Shown here piece by piece: positions 9,101-24,400 of a DNA stretch of 64,000 nucleotides. The first letter of the stretch is position 1. Each line of letters opens with the position of its first letter. The notes under the pieces are model-generated. The model saw nothing but the letters and a program-made list of their open reading frames with translations. It did not search any database and was not told the DNA's origin. Source of the DNA: Auanema rhodensis (Eukaryota; Animalia; Nematoda). Made by a program: the position numbers and the translations under genes. The stretch is from assembly GCA_964057225.1 (NCBI GenBank), contig OZ059894.1, positions 20,398,001 through 20,462,000 on the forward strand. The letters are read 5' to 3'.

Positions 9101-11592
9101 ATCGAATGCACTATACTACATTAAGAAACGCTTAATACAAAAATTAGTTATGATCGTTTGAAAAATGATGCATTACTGTATGTTGAGTTTCCATGTACAC
9201 TCAACATTGCTTCCAAAAACATTTTGACAAAAATTTTTTCGAAAAATTTCAAGATAATTTAGCAAAAAGTAGATGTTTTTAGATTCCTTTTTTCAAGGCA
9301 AAAACGATGGACAATGTTATTCAACGAAAAAATTAATTCTTCAGGGTGAAAATCGAGGATATAAGTGTGAACTTATATCAGTTGATATCTCGGTGCATTT
9401 TTAAGCTAGCGCAAATCTGATAACACAGATCGACGCAGCTTAAAAATCCGCATCGAATGCACTATACTACATTGAGAAACGCTTAATACAAAAATTAGTT
9501 ATGATCGTTTAAAAAATGATGCATTAGTGTATGTTGAGTTTCCATGTACACTCAACATTGCTTCCAAAAACATTTTGACAAAAATTTTTTCGAAAAATTT
9601 CAAGATAATTTAGCAAAAAGTAGATGTTTTTAGATTCCTTTTTTCAAGGCAAAGACGATGGACATTGTTATTCAACGAAAAAATTAATTCTTCAGGGTGA
9701 AAATCGAGGATATAAGTGTGAACTTATATCAGTTGATATCTCGGTGCATTTTTAAGCTAGCGCAAATCTGATAACACAGATCGACGCAGCTTAAAAATCC
9801 GCATCGAATGCACTATACTACATTGAGAAACGCTCAGTACAAAAATCAGTTATGATCGTTTGAAAAATGATCCATTAGTGTATGTTGAGTTTCCATGTAC
9901 ACTCAACATTGCTTCCAAAAACATTTTGACAAAAATTTTTTCGAAAAATTTCAAAATAAATTAGCAAAAAATAGATGTTTTTAGATTGCTTTTTTCAAGG
10001 CAAAGACGATGGACAATGTTATTCAACGAAAAAATTGATTTTTCAGGGTGAAAATCGAGGATATAAGTGTGAACTTATATCAGTTGATATCTCGGTGCAT
10101 TTTTAAGCTAGCGCAAATCTGATAACACAGATCGACGCAGCTTAAAAATCCGCATCGAATGCACTATACTACATTGAGAAACGCTTAATACAAAAATTAG
10201 TTATGATCGTTTGAAAAATGATGCATTAGTGTATGTTGAGTTTCCATGTACACTCAACATTGCTTCCAAAAACATTTTGACAAAAATTTTTTCGAAAAAT
10301 TTCAAGATAATTTAGCAAAAAGTAGATGTTTTTAGATTCCTTTTTTCAAGGCAAAGACGATGGACATTGTTATTCAACGAAAAAATTAATTCTTCAGGGT
10401 GAAAATCGAGGATATAAGTGTGAACTTATATCAGTTGATATCTCGGTGCATTTTTAAGCTAGCGCAAATCTGATAACACAGATCGACGCAGCTTAAAAAT
10501 CCGCATCGAATGCACTATACTACATTGAGAAACGCTCAATACAAAAATCAGTTATGATCGTTTGAAAAATGATCCATTAGTGTATGTTGAGTTTCCATGT
10601 ACACTCAACATTGCTTCCAAAAACATTTTGACAAAAATTTTTTCGAAAAATTTCAAAATAAATTAGCAAAAAATAGATGTTTTTAGATTGCTTTTTTCAA
10701 GGCAAAGACGATGGATAATGTTATTCAACGAAAAAATTAATTCTTCAGGGTGAAAATCGAGGATATAAGTGTGAACTTATATCAGTTGATATATCGGTGC
10801 ATTTTTAAGCTAGCGCAAATCTGATAACACAGATCGACGCAGCTTAAAAATCCGCATCGAATGCACTATACTACATTGAGAAACGCTCAATACAAAAATC
10901 AGTTATGATCGTTTGAAAAATGATCCATTAGTGTATGTTGAGTTTCCATGTACACTCAACATTACTTCCAAAAACATTTTGACAAAAATTTTTTCGAAAA
11001 ATTTCAAAATAAATTAGCAAAAAATAGATGTTTTTAGATTGCTTTTTCCAAGGCAAAGACGATGGACAATGTTATTCAACGGAAAAATTAATTCTTCAGG
11101 GTGAAAATCGAGGATATAAGTGTGAACTTATATCAGTTGATATCTCGGTGCATTTTTAAGCTAGCGCAAATCTGATAACACAGATCGACGCAGCTTAAAA
11201 ATCCGCATCGAATGCACTATACTACATTGAGAAACGCTTAATACAAAAATTAGTTATGATCGTTTGAAAAATGATGCATTAGTGTATGTTGAGTTTCCAT
11301 GTACACTCAACATTGCTTCCAAAAACATTTTGACAAAAATTTTTTCGAAAAATTTCAAGATAATTTAGCAAAAAGTAGATGTTTTTAGATTCCTTTTTTC
11401 AAGGCAAAGACGATGGACAATGTTATTCAACGAAAAAATTAATTCTTCAGGGTGAAAATCGAGGATATAAGTGTGAACTTATATCAGTTGATATCTCGGT
11501 GCATTTTTAAGCTAGCGCAAATCTGATAACACAGATCGACGCAGCTTAAAAATCCGCATCGAATGCACTATACTACATTGAGAAACGCTTGA
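3166..11592. repeat. Tandem duplication of a ~12-monomer (4.2-kb) block: 3166-7380 and 7381-11592
   Basis: Rare alleles occur in the same order in both halves: TACAG+GAAAAC; GGCAAAAA+CAACT; ATTATT+CTGCT; GCTCAG; TTGATT; CAACGG; GCTTG. Confidence 0.85.
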
Positions 11593-14500
11593 TACAGAAA
11601 TTAGTTATGATCGTTTGAAAAATGATCCATTAGTGTATGTTGAGTTTCCATGTACACTCAACATTGCTTCCAAAAACATTTTGACAAAAATTTTTTCGAA
11701 AAATTTCAAAATAAATTAGCAAAAAGTAGATGTTTTTAGATTCCTTTTTTCAAGGCAAAGACGATGGACAATGTTATTCAACTAAAAAATTAATTCTTCA
11801 GGGTGAAAATCGAGGATATAAGTGTGAACTTATATCAGTTGATATCTCGGTGCATTTTTAAGCTAGCGCAAATCTGATAACACAGATCGACGCAGCTTAA
11901 AAATCCGCATCGAATGCACTATACTACATTGAGAAACGCTTAATACAAAAATTAGTTATGATCGTTTGAAAAATGATGCATTAGTTTATGTTGAGTTTCC
12001 ATGTACACTCAACATTGCTTCCAAAAACATTTTGACAAAAATTTTTTCGAAAAATTTCAAAATAAATTAGCAAAAAGTAGATGTTTTTAGATTCCTTTTT
12101 TCAAGGCAAAGACGATAGACAATGTTATTCAACTAAAAAATTAATTCTTCAGGGTGAAAATCGAGGATATAAGTGTGAACTTATATCAGTTGATATCTCG
12201 GTGCATTTTTAAGCTAGCGCGAATCTGATAACACAGATCGACGCAGCTTAAAAATCCGCATCGAATGCACTATACTACATTGAGAAACGCTTAATACAAA
12301 AATTAGTTATGATCGTTTGAAAAATGATCCATTAGTGTATGTTGAGTTTCCATGTACACTCAACATTGCTTCCAAAAACATTTTGACAAAAATTTTTTCG
12401 AAAAATTTCAAGATAAATTAGCAAAAAGTAGATGTTTTTAGATTCCTTTTTTCAAGGCAAAGACGATGGACAATGTTATTCAACTAAAAAATTAATTCTT
12501 CAGGGTGAAAATCGAGGATATAAGTGTGAACTTATATCAGTTGATATCTCGGTGCATTTTTAAGCTAGCGCGAATCTGATAACACAGATCGACGCAGCTT
12601 AAGAATCCGCATCGAATGCACTATACTACATTGAGAAACGCTTAATACAAAAATTAGTTATGATCGTTTGAAAAATGATGCATTAGTTTATGTTGAGTTT
12701 CCATGTACACTCAACATTGCTTCCAAAAACATTTTGACAAAAATTTTTTCGAAAAATTTCAAAATAAATTAGCAAAAAGTAGATGTTTTTAGATTCCTTT
12801 TTTCAAGGCAAAGACGATAGACAATGTTATTCAACGAAAAAATTAATTATTCAGGGTGAAAATCGAGGATATAAGTGTGAACTTATATCAGTTGATATCT
12901 CGGTGCATTTTTAAGCTAGCGCGAATCTGATAACACAGATCGACGCAGCTTAAAAATCCGCATCGAATGCACTATACTACATTGAGAAACGCTTAATACA
13001 AAAATTAGTTATGATCGTTTGAAAAATGATCCATTAGTGTATGTTGAGTTTCCATGTACACTCAACATTGCTTCCAAAAACATTTTGACAAAAATTTTTT
13101 CGAAAAATTTCAAGATAAATTAGCAAAAAGTAGATGTTTTTAGATTCCTTTTTTCAAGGCAAAGACGATGGACAATGTTATTCAACTAAAAAATTAATTC
13201 TTCAGGGTGAAAATCGAGGATATAAGTGTGAACTTATATCAGTTGATATCTCGGTGCATTTTTAAGCTAGCGCGAATCTGATAACACAGATCGACGCAGC
13301 TTAAGAATCCGCATCAAATGCACTATACTACATTGAGAAACGCTTAATACAAAAATTAGTTATGATCGTTTGAAAAATGATGCATTAGTTTATGTTGAGT
13401 TTCCATGTACACTCAACATTGCTTCCAAAAACATTTTGACAAAAATTTTTTCGAAAAATTTCAAAATAAATTAGCAAAAAGTAGATGTTTTTAGATTCCT
13501 TTTTTCAAGGCAAAGACGATAGACAATGTTATTCAACGAAAAAATTAATTATTCAGGGTGAAAATCGAGGATATAAGTGTGAACTTATATCAGTTGATAT
13601 CTCGGTGCATTTTTAAGCTAGCGCAAATCTGATAACACAGATCGACGCAGCTTAAAAATCCGCATCGAATGCACTATACTACATTGAGAAACGCTGAATA
13701 CAAAAATTAGTTATGATCGTTTGAAAAATGATGCATTACTGTATGTTGAGTTTCCATGTACACTCAACATTGCTTCCAAAAACATTTTGACAAAAATTTT
13801 TTCGAAAAATTTCAGAATAAATTAGCAAAAAGTAGATGTTTTTAGATTCCTTTTTTCAAGGCAAAGACGATGGACAATGTTATTCAACGAAAAAATTAAT
13901 TCTTCAGGGTGAAAATCGAGGATATAAGTGTGAACTTATATCAGTTGATATCTCGGTGCATTTTTAAGCTAGCGCAAATCTGATAACACAGATCGACGCA
14001 GCTTAAAAATCCGCATCGAATGCACTATACTACATTGAGAAACGCTTAATACAAAAATTAGTTATGATCGTTTGAAAAATGATGCATTAGTGTATGTTGA
14101 GTTTCCATGTACACTCAACATTGCTTCCAAAAACATTTTGACAAAAATTTTTTCGAAACATTTCGAAATAATTTAGCAAAAAGTAGATGTTTTTAGATTC
14201 CTTTTTCAAAGCAAAGACGATGGACAATGTTATTCGACGAAAAAAATAATTCTTCAGGGTGAAAATCGAGGATATAAGTGTGAACTTATATCAGTTGATA
14301 TCTCGGTGCATTTTTAAGCTAGCGCAAATCTGATAACACAGAACGACGCAGCTTAAAAATCCGCATCGAATGCACTATACTACATTGAGAAACGCTTAAT
14401 ACAAAAATTAGTTATGATCGTTTGAAAAATGATGCATTAGTGTATGTTGAGTTTCCATGTACACTCAACATTGCTTCCAAAAACATTTTGACAAAAATTT

Positions 14501-15452
14501 TTTCGAAAAATTTCAAAATAAATTAGCAAAAAGTAGATGTTTTTAGATTCCTTTTTTCAAGGCAAAGACGATGGACAATGTTATTCAACTAAAAAATTAA
14601 TTCTTCAGGGTGAAAATCGAGGATATAAGTGTGAACTTATATCAGTTGATATCTCGGTGCATTTTTAAGCTAGCGCGAATCTGATAACACAGATCGACGC
14701 AGCTTAAGAATCCGCATCGAATGCACTATACTACATTGAGAAACGCTTAATACAAAAATTAGTTATGATCGTTTGAAAAATGATGCATTAGTTTATGTTG
14801 AGTTTCCATGTACACTCAACATTGCTTCCAAAAACATTTTGACAAAAATTTTTTCGAAAAATTTCAAAATAAATTAGCAAAAAGTAGATGTTTTTAGTTT
14901 CCTTTTTTCAAGGCAAAGACGATAGACAATGTTATTCAACGAAAAAATTAATTCTTCAGGGTGAAAATCGAGGATATAAGTGTGAACTTATATCAGTTGA
15001 TATCTCGGTGCATTTTTAAGCTAGCGCAAATCTGATAACACAGATCGACGCAGCTTAAAAATCCGCATCGAATGCACTATACTACATTGAGAAACGCTGA
15101 ATACAAAAATTAGTTATGATCGTTTGAAAAATGATGCATTACTGTATGTTGAGTTTCCATGTACACTCAACATTGCTTCCAAAAACATTTTGACAAAAAT
15201 TTTTTCGAAAAATTTCAGAATAAATTAGCAAAAAGTAGATGTTTTTAGATTCCTTTTTTCAAGGCAAAGACGATGGACAATGTTATTCAACGAAAAAATT
15301 AATTCTTCAGGGTGAAAATCGAGGATATAAGTGTGAACTTATATCAGTTGATATCTCGGTGCATTTTTAAGCTAGCGCAAATCTGATAACACAGAACGAC
15401 GCAGCTTAAAAATCCGCATCGAATGCACTATACTACATTGAGAAAAGCTTAA

Positions 15453-17558
15453 TACAAAAATTAGTTATGATCGTTTGAAAAATGATGCATTAGTGTATGT
15501 TGAGTTTCCATGTACACTCAACATTGCTTCCAAAAACATTTTGACAAAAATTTTTTCGAAAAATTTCAAAATAAATTAGCAAAAAGTAGATGTTTTTAGA
15601 TTCCTTTTTTCAAGGCAAAGACGATGGACAATGTTATTCAACTAAAAAATTAGTTCTTCAGGGTGAAAATCGAGGATATAAGTGTGAACTTATATCAGTT
15701 GATATCTCGGTGCATTTTTAAGCTAGCGCGAATCTGATAACACAGATCGACGCAGCTTAAGAATCCGCATCAAATGCACTATACTACATTGAGAAACGCT
15801 TAATACAAAAATTAGTTATGATCGTTTGAAAAATGATGCATTAGTTTATGTTGAGTTTCCATGTACACTCAACATTGCTTCCAAAAACATTTTGACAAAA
15901 ATTTTTTCGAAAAATTTCAAAATAAATTAGCAAAAAGTAGATGTTTTTAGATTCCTTTTTTCAAGGCAAAGACGATGGACAATGTTATTCAACGAAAAAA
16001 TTAATTCTTCAGGGTGAAAATCGAGGATATAAGTGTGAACTTATATCAGTTGATATCTCGGTGCATTTTTAAGCTAGCGCAAATCTGATAACTCATATCG
16101 ACGCAGCTTAAAAATCCGCATCGAATGCACTATACTACATTGAGAAACGCTGAATACAAAAATTAGTTATGATCGTTTGAAAAATGATGCATTACTGTAT
16201 GTTGAGTTTCCATGTACACTCAACATTGCTTCCAAAAACATTTTGACAAAAATTTTTTCGAAAAATTTCAGAATAAATTAGCAAAAAGTAGATGTTTTTA
16301 GATTCCTTTTTTCAAGGCAAAGACGATGGACAATGTTATTCAACGAAAAAATTAATTCTTCAGGGTGAAAATCGAGGATATAAGTGTGAACTTATATCAG
16401 TTGATATCTCGGTGCATTTTTAAGCTAGCGCAAATCTGATAACACAGAACGACGCAGCTTAAAAATCCGCATCGAATGCACTATACTACATTGAGAAACG
16501 CTTAATACAAAAATTAGTTATGATTGTTTGAAAAATGATGCATTAGTGTATGTTGAGTTTCCATGTACACTCAACATTGCTTCCAAAAACATTTTGACAA
16601 AAATTTTTTCGAAAAATTTCAAAATAAATTAGCAAAAAGTAGATGTTTTTAGATTCCTTTTTTCAAGGCAAAGACAATGGACAATGTTATTCAACGAAAA
16701 AATTAGTTCTTCAGGGTGAAAATCGAGGATATAAGTGTGAACTTATATCAGTTGATATCTCGGTGCATTTTTAAGCTAGCGCGAATCTGATAACACAGAT
16801 CGACGCAGCTTAAGAATCCGCATCAAATGCACTATACTACATTGAGAAACGCTTAATACAAAAATTAGTTATGATCGTTTGAAAAATGATGCATTAGTTT
16901 ATGTTGAGTTTCCATGTACACTCAACATTGCTTCCAAAAACATTTTGACAAAAATTTTTTCGAAAAATTTCAAAATAAATTAGCAAAAAGTAGATGTTTT
17001 TAGATTCCTTTTTTCAAGGCAAAGACGATGGACAATGTTATTCAACGAAAAAATTAATTCTTCAGGGTGAAAATCGAGGATATAAGTGTGAACTTATATC
17101 AGTTGATATCTCGGTGCATTTTTAAGCTAGCGCAAATCTGATAACTCATATCGACGCAGCTTAAAAATCCGCATCGAATGCACTATACTACATTGAGAAA
17201 CGCTGAATACAAAAATTAGTTATGATCGTTTGAAAAATGATGCATTACTGTATGTTGAGTTTCCATGTACACTCAACATTGCTTCCAAAAACATTTTGAC
17301 AAAAATTTTTTCGAAAAATTTCAGAATAAATTAGCAAAAAGTAGATGTTTTTAGATTCCTTTTTTCAAGGCAAAGACGATGGACAATGTTATTCAACGAA
17401 AAAATTAATTCTTCAGGGTGAAAATCGAGGATATAAGTGTGAACTTATATCAGTTGATATCTCGGTGCATTTTTAAGCTAGCGCAAATCTGATAACACAG
17501 AACGACGCAGCTTAAAAATCCGCATCGAATGCACTATACTACATTGAGAAACGCTTAA
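15453..17558. repeat. Tandem 3-monomer duplication (15453-16505, 16506-17558)
   Basis: Private alleles TTAGTTCTT and AACTCATATCG recur at 1053-bp spacing. Confidence 0.8.
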
Positions 17559-17909
17559 TACAAAAATTAGTTATGATTGTTTGAAAAATGATGCATTAGT
17601 GTATGTTGAGTTTCCATGTACACTCAACATTGCTTCCAAAAACATTTTGACAAAAATTTTTTCGAAAAATTTCAAAATAAATTAGCAAAAAGTAGATGTT
17701 TTTAGATTCCTTTTTTCAAGGCAAAGACAATGGACAATGTTATTCAACGAAAAAATTAATTCTTCAGGGTGAAAATCGAGGATATAAGTGTAAACTTATA
17801 TCAGTTGATATCTCGGTGCATTTTTAAGCTAGCGCAAATCTGATAACACAGATCGACGCAGCTCAAAAATCCGCATCGAATGCACTATACTACATTGAGA
17901 AACGCTTAA

Positions 17910-20900
17910 TACAAAAATTAGTTATGATCGTTTGAAAAATGATGCATTAGTTTATGTTGAGTTTCCATGTACACTCAACATTGCTTCCAAAAACATTTTG
18001 ACAAAAATTTTTTCGAAAAATTTCAAAATAAATTAGCAAAAAGTAGATGTTTTCAGATTCCTTTTTTCAAGGCGAAGACGATAGACAATGTTATTCAACT
18101 AAAAAATTAATTCTTCAGGGTGAAAATCGAGGATATAAGTGTGAACTTATATCAGTTGATATCTCGGTGCATTTTTAAGCTAGCGCGAATCTGATAACAC
18201 AGATCGACGCAGCTTAAAAATCCGCATCGAATGCACTATACTACATTGAGAAACGCTTAATACAAAAATTAGTTATGATCGTTTGAAAAATGATCCATTA
18301 GTGTATGTTGAGTTTCCATGTACACTCAACATTGCTTCCAAAAACATTTTGACAAAAATTTTTTCGAAAAATTTCAAAATAAATTAGCAAAAAGTAGATG
18401 TTTTTAGATTCCTTTTTTCAAGGCAAAGACGATGGACAATGTTATTCAACTAAAAAATTAATTCTTCAGGGTGAAAATCGAGGATATAAGTGTGAACTTA
18501 TATCAGTTGATATCTCGGTGCATTTTTAAGCTAGCGCGAATCTGATAACACAGATCGACGCAGCTTAAGAATCCGCATCAAATGCACTATACTACATTGA
18601 AAAACGCTTAATACGAAAATTAGTTATGATCGTTTGAAAAATGATGCATTAGTTTATGTTGAGTTTCCATGTACACTCAACATTGCTTCCAAAAACATTT
18701 TGACAAAAATTTTTTCGAAAAATTTCAAAATAAATTAGCAAAAAGTAGATGTTTTTAGATTCCTTTTTTCAAGGCAAAGACGATGGACAATGTTATTCAA
18801 CGAAAAAATTAATTCTTCAGGGTGAAAATCGAGGATATAAGTGTGAACTTATATCAGTTGATATCTCGGTGCATTTTTAAGCTAGCGCAAATCTGATAAC
18901 ACATATCGACGCAGCTTAAAAATCCGCATCGAATGCACTATACTACATTGAGAAACGCTGAATACAAAAATTAGTTATGATCGTTTGAAAAATGATGCAT
19001 TACTGTATGTTGAGTTTCCATGTACACTCAACATTGCTTCCAAAAACATTTTGACAAAAATTTTTTCGAAAAATTTCAGAATAAATTAGCAAAAAGTAGA
19101 TGTTTTTAGATTCCTTTTTTCAAGGCAAAGACGATGGACAATGTTATTCAACGAAAAAACTAATTCTTCAGGGTGAAAATCGAGGATATAAGTGTGAACT
19201 TATATCAGTTGATATCTCGGTGCATTTTTAAGCTAGCGCAAATCTGATAACACAGAACGACGCAGCTTAAAAATCCGCATCGAATGCACTATACTACATT
19301 GAGAAACGCTGAATACAAAAATTAGTTATGATCGTTTGAAAAATGATGCATTACTGTATGTTGAGTTTCCATGTACACTCAACATTGCTTCCAAAAACAT
19401 TTTGACAAAAATTTTTTCGAAAAATTTCAGAATAAATTAGCAAAAAGTAGATGTTTTTAGATTCCTTTTTTCAAGGCAAAGACGATGGACAATGTTATTC
19501 AACGAAAAAATTAATTCTTCAGGGTGAAAATCGAGGATATAAGTGTGAACTTATATCAGTTGATATCTCGGTGCATTTTTAAGCTAGCGCAAATCTGATA
19601 ACACAGATCGACGCAGCTTAAAAATCCGCATCGAATGCACTATACTACATTGAGAAACGCTTAATACAAAAATTAGTTATGATCGTTTGAAAAATGATGC
19701 ATTAGTTTATGTTGAGTTTCCATGTACACTCAACATTGCTTCCAAAAACATTTTGACAAAAATTTTTTCGAAAAATTTCAAAATAAATTAGCAAAAAGTA
19801 GATGTTTTCAGATTCCTTTTTTCAAGGCAAAGACGATAGACAATGTTATTCAACTAAAAAATTAATTCTTCAGGGTGAAAATCGAGGATATAAGTGTGAA
19901 CTTATATCAGTTGATATTTCGGTGCATTTTTAAGCTAGCGCGAATCTGATAACACAGATCGACGCAGCTTAAAAATCCGCATCGAATGCACTATACTACA
20001 TTGAGAAACGCTTAATACAAAAATTAGTTATGATCGTTTGAAAAATGATCCATTAGTGTATGTTGAGTTTCCATGTACACTCAACATTGCTTCCAAAAAC
20101 ATTTTGACAAAAATTTTTTCGAAAAATTTCAAAATAAATTAGCAAAAAGTAGATGTTTTTAGATTCCTTTTTTCAAGGCAAAGACGATGGACAATGTTAT
20201 TCAACTAAAAAATTAATTCTTCAGGGTGAAAATCGAGGATATAAGTGTGAACTTATATCAGTTGATATCTCGGTGCATTTTTAAGCTAGCGCGAATCTGA
20301 TAACACAGATCGACGCAGCTTAAGAATCCGCATCAAATGCACTATACTACATTGAGAAACGCTTAATACAAAAATTAGTTATGATCGTTTGAAAAATGAT
20401 GCATTAGTTTATGTTGAGTTTCCATGTACACTCAACATTGCTTCCAAAAACATTTTGACAAAAATTTTTTCGAAAAATTTCAAAATAAATTAGCAAAAAG
20501 TAGATGTTTTTAGATTCCTTTTTTCAAGGCAAAGACGATGGACAATGTTATTCAACGAAAAAATTAATTCTTCAGGGTGAAAATCGAGGATATAAGTGTG
20601 AACTTATATCAGTTGATATCTCGGTGCATTTTTAAGCTAGCGCAAATCTGATAACACATATCGACGCAGCTTAAAAATCCGCATCGAATGCACTATACTA
20701 CATTGAGAAACGCTGAATACAAAAATTAGTTATGATCGTTTGAAAAATGATGCATTACTGTATGTTGAGTTTCCATGTACACTCAACATTGCTTCCAAAA
20801 ACATTTTGACAAAAATTTTTTCGAAAAATTTCAGAATAAATTAGCAAAAAGTAGATGTTTTTAGATTCCTTTTTTCAAGGCAAAGACGATGGACAATGTT

Positions 20901-21419
20901 ATTCAACGAAAAAACTAATTCTTCAGGGTGAAAATCGAGGATATAAGTGTGAACTTATATCAGTTGATATCTCGGTGCATTTTTAAGCTAGCGCAAATCT
21001 GATAACACAGAACGACGCAGCTTAAAAATCCGCATCGAATGCACTATACTACATTGAGAAACGCTGAATACAAAAATTAGTTATGATCGTTTGAAAAATG
21101 ATGCATTACTGTATGTTGAGTTTCCATGTACACTCAACATTGCTTCCAAAAACATTTTGACAAAAATTTTTTCGAAAAATTTCAGAATAAATTAGCAAAA
21201 AGTAGATGTTTTTAGATTCCTTTTTTCAAGGCAAAGACGATGGACAATGTTATTCAACGAAAAAATTAATTCTTCAGGGTGAAAATCGAGGATATAAGTG
21301 TGAACTTATATCAGTTGATATCTCGGTGCATTTTTAAGCTAGCGCAAATCTGATAACACAGATCGACGCAGCTTAAAAATCCGCATCGAATGCACTATAC
21401 TACATTGAGAAACGCTTAA
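17910..21419. repeat. Tandem 5-monomer duplication (17910-19664, 19665-21419)
   Basis: Rare alleles TTTTCAGATT and AAAAACTAATT recur at 1755-bp spacing with the same monomer order. Confidence 0.85.
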
Positions 21420-24400
21420 TACAAAAATTAGTTATGATCGTTTGAAAAATGATGCATTAGTGTATGTTGAGTTTCCATGTACACTCAACATTGCTTCCAA
21501 AAACATTTTGACAAAAATTTTTTCGAAACATTTCGAAATAATTTAGCAAAAAGTAGATGTTTTTAGATTCCTTTTTCAAGGCAAAGACGATGGACAATGT
21601 TATTCAACGAAAAAAATAATTCTTCAGGGTGAAAATCGAGGATATAAGTGTGAACTTATATCAGTTGATATCTCGATGCATTTTTAAGCTAGCGCAAATC
21701 TGATAACACAGAACGACGCAGCTTAAAGATCCGCATCGAATGCACTATACTACATTGAGAAACGCTTAATACAAAAATTAGTTATGATCGTTTGAAAAAT
21801 GATGCATTAGTGTATGTTGAGTTTCCATGTACACTCAACATTGCTTCCAAAAACATTTTGACAAAAATTTTTTCGAAAAATTTCAAAATAAATTAGCAAA
21901 AAGTAGATGTTTTTAGATTCCTTTTTTCAAGGCAAAGACGATGGACAATGTTATTCAACTAAAAAATTAATTCTTCAGGGTGAAAATCGAGGATATAAGT
22001 GTGAACTTATATCAGTTGATATCTCGGTGCATTTTTAAGCTAGCGCGAATCTGATAACACAGATCGACGCAACTTAAGAATCCGCATCAAATGCACTATA
22101 CTACATTGAGAAACGCTTAATACAAAAATTAGTTATGATCGTTTGAAAAATGATGCATTAGTGTATGTTGAGTTTCCATGTACACTCAACATTGCTTCCA
22201 AAAACATTTTGACAAAAATTTTTTCGAAACATTTCGAAATAATTTAGCAAAAAGTAGATGTTTTTAGATTCCTTTTTCAAGGCAAAGACGATGGACAATG
22301 TTATTCAACGAAAAAAATAATTCTTCAGGGTGAAAATCGAGGATATAAGTGTGAACTTATATCAGTTGATATCTCGGTGTATTTTTAAGCTAGCGCAAAT
22401 CTGATAACACAGAACGACGCAGCTTAAAGATCCGCATCGAATGCACTATACTACATTGAGAAACGCTTAATACAAAAATTAGTTATGATCGTTTGAAAAA
22501 TGATGCATTAGTGTATGTTGAGTTTCCATGTACACTCAACATTGCTTCCAAAAACATTTTGACAAAAATTTTTTCGAAAAATTTCAAAATAAATTAGCAA
22601 AAAGTAGATGTTTTTAGATTCCTTTTTTCAAGGCAAAGACGATGGACAATGTTATTCAACTAAAAAATTAATTCTTCAGGGTGAAAATCGAGGATATAAG
22701 TGTGAACTTATATCAGTTGATATCTCGGTGCATTTTTAAGCTAGCGCGAATCTGATAACACAGATCGACGCAGCTTAAGAATCCGCATCAAATGCACTAT
22801 ACTACATTGAGAAACGCTTAATACAAAAATTAGTTATGATCGTTTGAAAAATGATGCATTAGTTTATGTTGAGTTTCCATGTACACTCAACATTGCTTCC
22901 AAAAACATTTTGACAAAAATTTTTTCGAAAAATTTCAAAATAAATTAGCAAAAAGTAGATGTTTTTAGATTCCTTTTTTCAAGGCAAAGACGATGGACAA
23001 TGTTATTCAACGAAAAAATTAATTCTTCAGGGTGAAAATCGAGGATATAAGTGTGAACTTATATCAGTTGATATCTCGGTGCATTTTTAAGCTAGCGCAA
23101 ATCTGATAACACAGAACGACGCAGCTTAAAAATCCGCATCGAATGCACTATACTACATTGAGAAACGCTGAATACAAAAATTAGTTATGATCGTTTGAAA
23201 AATGATGCATTACTGTATGTTGAGTTTCCATGTACACTCAACATTGCTTCCAAAAACATTTTGACAAAAATTTTTTCGAAAAATTTCAGAATAAATTAGC
23301 AAAAAGTAGATGTTTTTAGATTCCTTTTTTCAAGGCAAAGACGATGGACAATGTTATTCAACGAAAAAATTAATTCTTCAGGGTGAAAATCGAGGATATA
23401 AGTGTGAACTTATATCAGTTGATATCTCGGTGCATTTTTAAGCTAGCGCAAATCTGATAACACAGAACGACGCAGCTTAAAAATCCGCATCGAATGCACT
23501 ATACTACATTGAGAAACGCTTAATACAAAAATTAGTTATGATCGTTTGAAAAATGATGCATTAGTGTATGTTGAGTTTCCATGTACACTCAACATTGCTT
23601 CCAAAAACATTTTGACAAAAATTTTTTCGAAACATTTCGAAATAATTTAGCAAAAAGTAGATGTTTTTAGATTCCTTTTTTCAAGGCAAAGACGATGGAC
23701 AATGTTATTCAACGAAAAAAATAATTCTTCAGGGTGAAAATCGAGGATATAAGTGTGAACTTATATCAGTTGATATCTCGGTGCATTTTTAAGCTAGCGC
23801 AAATCTGATAACACAGAACGACGCAGCTTAAAGATCCGCATCGAATGCACTATACTACATTGAGAAACGCTTAATACAAAAATTAGTTATGATCGTTTGA
23901 AAAATGATGCATTAGTGTATGTTGAGTTTCCATGTACACTCAACATTGCTTCCAAAAACATTTTGACAAAAATTTTTTCGAAAAATTTCAAAATAAATTA
24001 GCAAAAAGTAGATGTTTTTAGATTCCTTTTTTCAAGGCAAAGACGATGGACAATGTTATTCAACTAAAAAATTAATTCTTCAGGGTGAAAATCGAGGATA
24101 TAAGTGTGAACTTATATCAGTTGATATCTCGGTGCATTTTTAAGCTAGCGCGAATCTGATAACACAGATCGACGCAACTTAAGAATCCGCATCAAATGCA
24201 CTATACTACATTGAGAAACGCTTAATACAAAAATTAGTTATGATCGTTTGAAAAATGATGCATTAGTGTATGTTGAGTTTCCATGTACACTCAACATTGC
24301 TTCCAAAAACATTTTGACAAAAATTTTTTCGAAACATTTCGAAATAATTTAGCAAAAAGTAGATGTTTTTAGATTCCTTTTTCAAGGCAAAGACGATGGA

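Larger units (their letters stand above)
1..11592. repeat. Left haplotype domain (monomers 1-33)
   Basis: Alleles restricted or nearly restricted to this region: C151G (GATTGC, last at 11041), AAGATAATTT, GCTCAAT/GCTTGAT, TACAG (last at ~11597), AATCAG, GGACATTG. All four insertion-bearing monomers lie here. Confidence 0.85.

Noticed and set aside
9120-9136. Compensatory mutation restoring hairpin 4 (ATTAAG-AAACG-CTTAAT)
   Set aside because: It is a single copy and a single transition, which is not evidence of covariation.
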